Made by a program: the position numbers and the translations under genes. A model generated the notes under the pieces. The model ran no database searches, was not told where the DNA came from, and worked only from the letters and a program-made list of their open reading frames with translations. Below are positions 15,434 to 20,000 of a stretch of 20,000 bases of DNA, piece after piece (position 1 is the first letter of the stretch; every line of letters starts with the position of its first letter). The DNA lies in the sequence record SRR31156797_661; one strand, written 5' to 3'.

Positions 15434-16807
15434 CTACTTAACGATCAGCAATTGGACGTCGCAGACGTTAGTGTTGGTGGGGCCTGTTTTAAACAAGGCT
15501 CCTACCATTTGAAGGAAGTGGTAGGAGTCGTTGTTTTTTAAATATTCAGCAATGGACAGTCCCTTCTCGCGGGATTTTTTCAGAACCGCACTGTCAGCAT
15601 AGCCGCCAGCCGCGTCAGTGGGGCCGTCATTGCCGTCAGTTGATGCGGCGAGGAAGTGAATGGATTCGCCGTTAAGCTCATCCTGTCCCAGTCGCATAAG
15701 AAACTGCAGGGCCATTTCCTGATTACGGCCTCCCTTGCCGTTTCCTTTCAAAGTAACCACTGTCTCACCTCCCACGATAATGCAGGCCGGTTTCTTTTCC
15801 AGCAGTTCCCATTCACGCTCATCTTGAGCCACTGCCCAGAGCATGTCTGCAGCATCTGTGGCTTCTCCCTGTAAGCGGGAGGTCAGCATGCGCACATTGT
15901 AACCAAGTGCTTCGGCCTTATCGCGTGCCCCGAACAGGGCGATGCGGTTGGTGCCGATGAGAATGTTCTCGGCCCGGATTTCACTGAACTCGTCTTTTTT
16001 CAAAGTCTCCAGCAGTTTCCCCGTATTGCCCAGTTCTAAGGCTCGGACGACATTGGCCGGGATTTTATCGCGCAACTTGTAATTATCAATGATGGACATA
16101 GCATCACAATAAGTACTGCGGTCGTAACTGGTCAGCCCGGAAGCGATGGTGTCGAGATTATCGCCGACAACATCAGAAAGAATGAAATTCAAACTGCGGG
16201 CCGGACGTAGGCAACGCAGAAGACGTCCGCCCTTGAGGGATGAAAGATGTTTGCGGATACAGTTGATCTCGCTGATGTCAGCACCGCAGGCCAGCAGGGC
16301 CTTGGTGGTGCTCTGTTTATCCTCAAGGGTTACTTCTATTTTTTCTCCGTCCACTTCAGCATGCATGGGACTGGAGAGCAGGGCGGAACCGCCACCGGAA
16401 ACAAGGTTGATAACCAGGGTTTTGTCGGTGGTGGAGCAGGCCAGTTCTTCAATTTCACGGGCAGCGCGGACGCTGTTATTGTCCGGTACCGGGTGAGCTG
16501 CTTCAATTGTTCGAATATATCTGAGTTCTTCGGTGTGTCCGTATTTCACCGAGATCAGACCTGACTCAATGCGCGATCCTAAAATTTTTTCAATGGCCAG
16601 GGCCATTTTAGCTGTGGCCTTGCCCGCTCCGATGACGACAATGCGCTCGAATTCCTGAAGATCGACAACCACATCACCCTCATCCATGGCGACGGTCAGA
16701 ATTTCGCCTTCAAGGGAAATTCTGTTGGTGATGATTTTATATGGATCAACGCGGTCCAGTGCTTCGGCGAATATCTGCCGGAGATGTTCCTGTTCGTTGG
16801 TCATCAT
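15434..16807 (-). CDS. Glycerate kinase type 2 (DUF4147 + MOFRL, TtuD-like)
   Basis: GAGKA, AAHPVPD, SGGGSAL, RKHLSxxKGG, SDVVG, GGETVV, GGRNQE, TDGNDG and TGPTNTNVCD motifs. Confidence 0.93.
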   Translation of the reverse strand: MMTNEQEHLRQIFAEALDRVDPYKIITNRISLEGEILTVAMDEGDVVVDLQEFERIVVIGAGKATAKMALAIEKILGSRIESGLISVKYGHTEELRYIRTIEAAHPVPDNNSVRAAREIEELACSTTDKTLVINLVSGGGSALLSSPMHAEVDGEKIEVTLEDKQSTTKALLACGADISEINCIRKHLSSLKGGRLLRCLRPARSLNFILSDVVGDNLDTIASGLTSYDRSTYCDAMSIIDNYKLRDKIPANVVRALELGNTGKLLETLKKDEFSEIRAENILIGTNRIALFGARDKAEALGYNVRMLTSRLQGEATDAADMLWAVAQDEREWELLEKKPACIIVGGETVVTLKGNGKGGRNQEMALQFLMRLGQDELNGESIHFLAASTDGNDGPTDAAGGYADSAVLKKSREKGLSIAEYLKNNDSYHFLQMVGALFKTGPTNTNVCDVQLLIVK

Positions 16808-16927
16808 AATTTGATCCTCAGAAGTAATTATTTCGAAAAGGCAATGCGTGTCTCCGCCATATACAACCTTGCCGCATGCAGGGTTGAAACACCTTCCGGC
16901 AGAGAATGCCCGCTAGCCGCGCATTGC

Positions 16928-17641
16928 CTATTTATTTAAACCGGCATCGCCCAGGGCTTTCAAGGCTTCACTCAAATGTGAAGTCATGAGCTGTGCGGCC
17001 AGTTCGCCATCTCGATTCTTGATTGCGGCCAGAATTTCTTCGTGCTCTTTCAAGCTCTTGTTGGGCTGTCCCGGAATCTTCAGGGGAGCCTTCCAGCCTT
17101 CAATCATTGATTTGTAAAGTGCATCCATAATGGATGAAAGAACCTTGTTGCCAGTGGCCTTGCCGATGAGGCGGTGAAATTCCGCATCGACCATGATTGC
17201 CCGGGGCAGGTCCTCTTCTTCGACGGTTTTCTTGAATTCTTCGTGGGTTTTCAAAAGTTCCTCAAAGTCTTCATCGGAAATCCGTTCTGATGCCATGCGG
17301 GCCGTGCTGGGTTCCAGCAGGGAGCGCACTTCGAAAAAATGTCGCAGAGCTTCGTAATTGTCAGTCAGCCAGGTGGAAAGGGGGCTGAAAATATCCCCTT
17401 CGTAGCTTTTTACAAAAGCACCGATTCCGGGCTGAGTTTCAATGAATCCCTTAATTTCGAGAATTCTAAGTGCTTCACGAATAGACCCCCGGCCCACTTG
17501 CAGTTCCTTCATGAGCTGGCGCTCGGAAGGGAGCGGCTCGCCTTCAGCAAAAGTCTTGTTCTGAATCAGCTCTTCAAGTTGCTTGGCTGCTGTTTCCGAA
17601 ACCCTGACTTTCTTGATGGGTTTAAACATTTTTGCGCACAT
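16928..17641 (-). CDS. GntR family, FadR subfamily transcriptional regulator
   Basis: LPSERQL...VGRGSIREAL...G.G.FV winged HTH and an FCD domain (DAEFH...GN...EHEEI..AI...D...A...M..HL). The start may be ATG at 17629. Confidence 0.93.
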   Translation of the reverse strand: MCAKMFKPIKKVRVSETAAKQLEELIQNKTFAEGEPLPSERQLMKELQVGRGSIREALRILEIKGFIETQPGIGAFVKSYEGDIFSPLSTWLTDNYEALRHFFEVRSLLEPSTARMASERISDEDFEELLKTHEEFKKTVEEEDLPRAIMVDAEFHRLIGKATGNKVLSSIMDALYKSMIEGWKAPLKIPGQPNKSLKEHEEILAAIKNRDGELAAQLMTSHLSEALKALGDAGLNK

Positions 17642-17692
17642 ATAATAATTTTGGCCGGTTACGTGTGATTGCGGCCGGGATCCTTTATTTGT

Positions 17693-17729
17693 TGGTCTGA
17701 CATCTTACTGTCTACTGGTCCTACCAGTA
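17693..17729. promoter_or_regulatory. FadR-subfamily operators: one perfect and one degenerate
   Basis: TACTGGT-cct-ACCAGTA at 17713-17729 is a perfect TGGT-N3-ACCA palindrome of the PdhR/LldR type. TGGT-ctg-ACAT lies at 17693-17703. Both are upstream of the GntR gene. Confidence 0.75.
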
Positions 17730-17897
17730 TAACTGAGAAGGAAAATAGTCAAGTAAAGCCACGGTCCAAGGGCAGTAATCGGGGAAGAATATATTTTTAG
17801 TGTTCCTTTAGATAGTTCAATGTGTTACCTTCAAAAAATATAGGGGTGAGTATTCACAGCGGGGTGTGATTGATAGGTTTTTAGAGGAGAGTGTATC

Positions 17898-19844
17898 ATG
17901 AGTTGGAAAGATTTAAGATTGGCCTATAAATTTGTAATAGGCTTCGGGTCTGTATTGTTGCTGCTAGTCCTGCTTGGAGGTTGGTCCATATCCGGGATCG
18001 GAACAATTGTCGGGGATGCGGAAGAGGTTATCGCGGGTAACAAGCTTCGCGGTGATTTTGTGCAGAAGATTGTGGATCATCTCAACTGGGCAAATGAAGT
18101 AAATAGGTTGCTGACTGATAAAGATGTTCACGAGATTGATGTTCAGGCCGACCCCCATAAATGCGGGTTTGGTAAGTGGTATTACAGTGAGGACCGTAAA
18201 AAAGCGGAAGAATTGGTTCCTGAGATTAAGCCGCTGTTGGCTAAGATTGAAATCCACCATAACAAGTTGCATAAGTCAGCCATTGAGATTGAAGAAAAGT
18301 ATGAGGATGTCGATCCGTCCATGGGCAGCTTTTTGAGGGAGAAGAAAGTTGATCACCTTAATTGGATGGTTGCTGTTTTGAAGCAGCTTATGAATTCTGA
18401 GTCCAAAGCTATAACTGCTCAGGCTGATCCTCATAAATGTGGATTGGGTAAATGGCTTTACTCGGCAAGGGTGAAAGCTATGTCCAGGGAACACCCTGAG
18501 TTCGGTGTCCTTTTGGATAAAGTTTACGAACCGCATACTAAGCTGCACGATACTGTAAAAACACTTAATTCATATCTTGCACGCGGGGATAGGGAAGGGG
18601 CTCAAAAGTATTTTTCTGCTAATGTTGAAAAGTATGCCAGTGAAACTTTAGGCAGGATTGAAGCCCTTATTCAGTGGCATGAGGGTGAGTTGAAGCTGCT
18701 TGATGAAGCTATCAATATCTATGCAACAGTGACAGCTCCTGCCCTCAAACAGATTCAGTCCATACTGACCAAAGTGCGCCAGACAGTTGCCGATAACATC
18801 ATGACCGATCAGCAGATGCTTGATGCCGCAGCCGCTACTAGGCAGGTTGTTGTCATTGTTAGTCTCGTAGCTGTGGTTCTCGGTATACTTATGGCTTGGA
18901 TTATTGCTAAGGGAATTTTAGGCCCTCTGAATAAGGGCTTGGATTTCGTAGCCGATGTCAGTGAAGGAGATCTTTCCGCTGATGTTGATCTGGATCGCAA
19001 GGACGAACTTGGTAAGCTTGCTGACGGGATGGGTAACATGGTTCACAGACTGCGCAGTGTTGTCGGTGAAGTAAATAACGCTTCCGATAGCGTTGCCAGC
19101 GGTAGTGAAGAGCTTTCCGCTTCTGCTGAAAGTCTTTCGCAGGGAGCCACTGAGCAGGCAGCATCCATTGAAGAGGTTTCATCTTCCATGGAAGAAATGG
19201 CTGCCAATATCAAGCAGAATGCTGAGAATGCGGTTCAGACTGAAGGTGTTGCTGAGAAATCCCAGACTCAGGCGTCCCAGAGTGCCGATGCTGTAGGGGA
19301 AGCAGTGCAGGCCATGAAGAGTATCGCTGAGAAGATTATGATCATCGAAGAGATTGCCCGTCAGACCAATTTGCTGGCGCTCAACGCTGCTATTGAAGCA
19401 GCAAGGGCAGGAGAGCACGGTAAGGGGTTCGCAGTTGTTGCTGCCGAAGTCCGCAAGCTTGCTGAGCGCAGTGGAATAGCTGCAGCAGAAATCAGTGAAC
19501 TTTCATCATCTTCTGTTGTGGTGGCGGAAAAGGCTGGGGATATGCTTCAGGAATTGGTGCCCAGTATTAGCAAGACGGCTGAACTGGTGCAGGAAATAGC
19601 CGCAGCCAGTAACGAGCAGAACTCCGGTGTCGGTCAAATTAACAAGGCTATTCAGCAGCTAGATACTGTTATCCAGCAGAATGCTTCGGCATCCGAGGAA
19701 ATGGCTTCCACTTCCGAAGAGCTTTCCCGTCAGGGGCAGTTGTTGCAGCAGGCCATGTCATTTTTTAAGTTGAGAAGGGGAGTTGCTCCCATGCTTCCTG
19801 CTGGTAGCTCAAATCCTGAAGATGATGGTTTCGACAGGTTCTAA
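17898..19844 (+). CDS. Methyl-accepting chemotaxis protein with tandem CZB motifs, HAMP, MA domain and C-terminal pentapeptide
   Basis: TM1 (about aa 12-33), two DHLNW...HKCGxGKW.Y...HxKLH repeats, TM2 (about aa 317-337), HAMP (DRKDELGKL), [37 protein letters not shown] and C-terminal GFDRF. GAGGAG RBS. Confidence 0.93.
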   Translation: MSWKDLRLAYKFVIGFGSVLLLLVLLGGWSISGIGTIVGDAEEVIAGNKLRGDFVQKIVDHLNWANEVNRLLTDKDVHEIDVQADPHKCGFGKWYYSEDRKKAEELVPEIKPLLAKIEIHHNKLHKSAIEIEEKYEDVDPSMGSFLREKKVDHLNWMVAVLKQLMNSESKAITAQADPHKCGLGKWLYSARVKAMSREHPEFGVLLDKVYEPHTKLHDTVKTLNSYLARGDREGAQKYFSANVEKYASETLGRIEALIQWHEGELKLLDEAINIYATVTAPALKQIQSILTKVRQTVADNIMTDQQMLDAAAATRQVVVIVSLVAVVLGILMAWIIAKGILGPLNKGLDFVADVSEGDLSADVDLDRKDELGKLADGMGNMVHRLRSVVGEVNNASDSVASGSEELSASAESLSQGATEQAASIEEVSSSMEEMAANIKQNAENAVQTEGVAEKSQTQASQSADAVGEAVQAMKSIAEKIMIIEEIARQTNLLALNAAIEAARAGEHGKGFAVVAAEVRKLAERSGIAAAEISELSSSSVVVAEKAGDMLQELVPSISKTAELVQEIAAASNEQNSGVGQINKAIQQLDTVIQQNASASEEMASTSEELSRQGQLLQQAMSFFKLRRGVAPMLPAGSSNPEDDGFDRF

Positions 19845-19864
19845 GTTTAATTCATAATTATATG

Positions 19865-19896
19865 AAAAAGGTGCATCCTTTCGGGTGCGCCTTTTT
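19865..19896 (+). terminator. Rho-independent terminator of the MCP gene
   Basis: AAAAAGGTGCATCC-tttc-GGGTGCGCCTTTTT, with G-U pairs on the + strand. Confidence 0.8.
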
Positions 19897-19920
19897 AGGT
19901 CAGGTGTCATATATAGAAAA

Positions 19921-19950
19921 AGGGCATTTCATCTGCTGATGAAATGCCCT
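19921..19950 (-). terminator. Terminator downstream of the tRNA
   Basis: Perfect stem AGGGCATTTCATC-tgct-GATGAAATGCCCT. The A-run at about 19917-19921 gives a U-tract on the minus strand. Confidence 0.8.
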
Positions 19951-19962
19951 AATCTTTTAAAA

Positions 19963-20000
19963 TGGTGGGTCGTGCTGGGCTCGAACCAGCGACTCTCTGC
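19963..20000 (-). tRNA. tRNA 3' half, probably tRNA-Lys (Val not excluded); anticodon outside the window
   Basis: Reverse complement GCAGAGAGTCGCTGGTTCGAGCCCAGCACGACCCACCA shows the T-arm GCTGG-TTCGAGC-CCAGC, acceptor strand ACGACCC, discriminator A and encoded CCA. The ACGACCCACCA end matches E. coli tRNA-Lys as I recall it. Confidence 0.9.

Noticed and set aside
1-20000. CRISPR array, IS/transposase, integrase, rRNA
   Set aside because: No regularly spaced direct repeats, transposase or recombinase motifs, or rRNA-like sequence were seen.

Overview
Chromosomal window of moderate GC. The gene set and regulatory motifs suggest a sulfate-reducing Desulfovibrionaceae-like bacterium, but this is inference. 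Contents, left to right: the 5' end of a LysE/RhtB exporter; a small orphan membrane protein flanked by hairpin-dense and AT-rich DNA; a cardiolipin synthase plus Zn-dependent phospholipase C pair; a three-gene operon of a multidomain cNMP-binding protein, motA and motB; a GT2 glycosyltransferase plus YdjC deacetylase downstream of a short FlgM-like gene with a sigma28-type promoter; a second LysE; an M16C peptidase; ahpC; a SAM methyltransferase; a glycine-zipper lipoprotein; glycerate kinase plus a FadR/GntR regulator; a chemoreceptor; and the 3' half of a tRNA. The most striking observation is the operon at 4158-6835. Its first protein appears to join a cNMP-binding domain, two HTH-like modules and a C-terminal FliG-C-like torque domain. 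It is translationally coupled to a Na+-type MotAB stator whose FliG-contact loop is altered, and no other flagellar structural gene lies in the window. This suggests a dedicated, cyclic-nucleotide-gated stator partner system. Second is a membrane chemoreceptor with two CZB zinc/HOCl-sensing motifs between its TM helices. All family calls are by-eye motif recognition; no searches were run.
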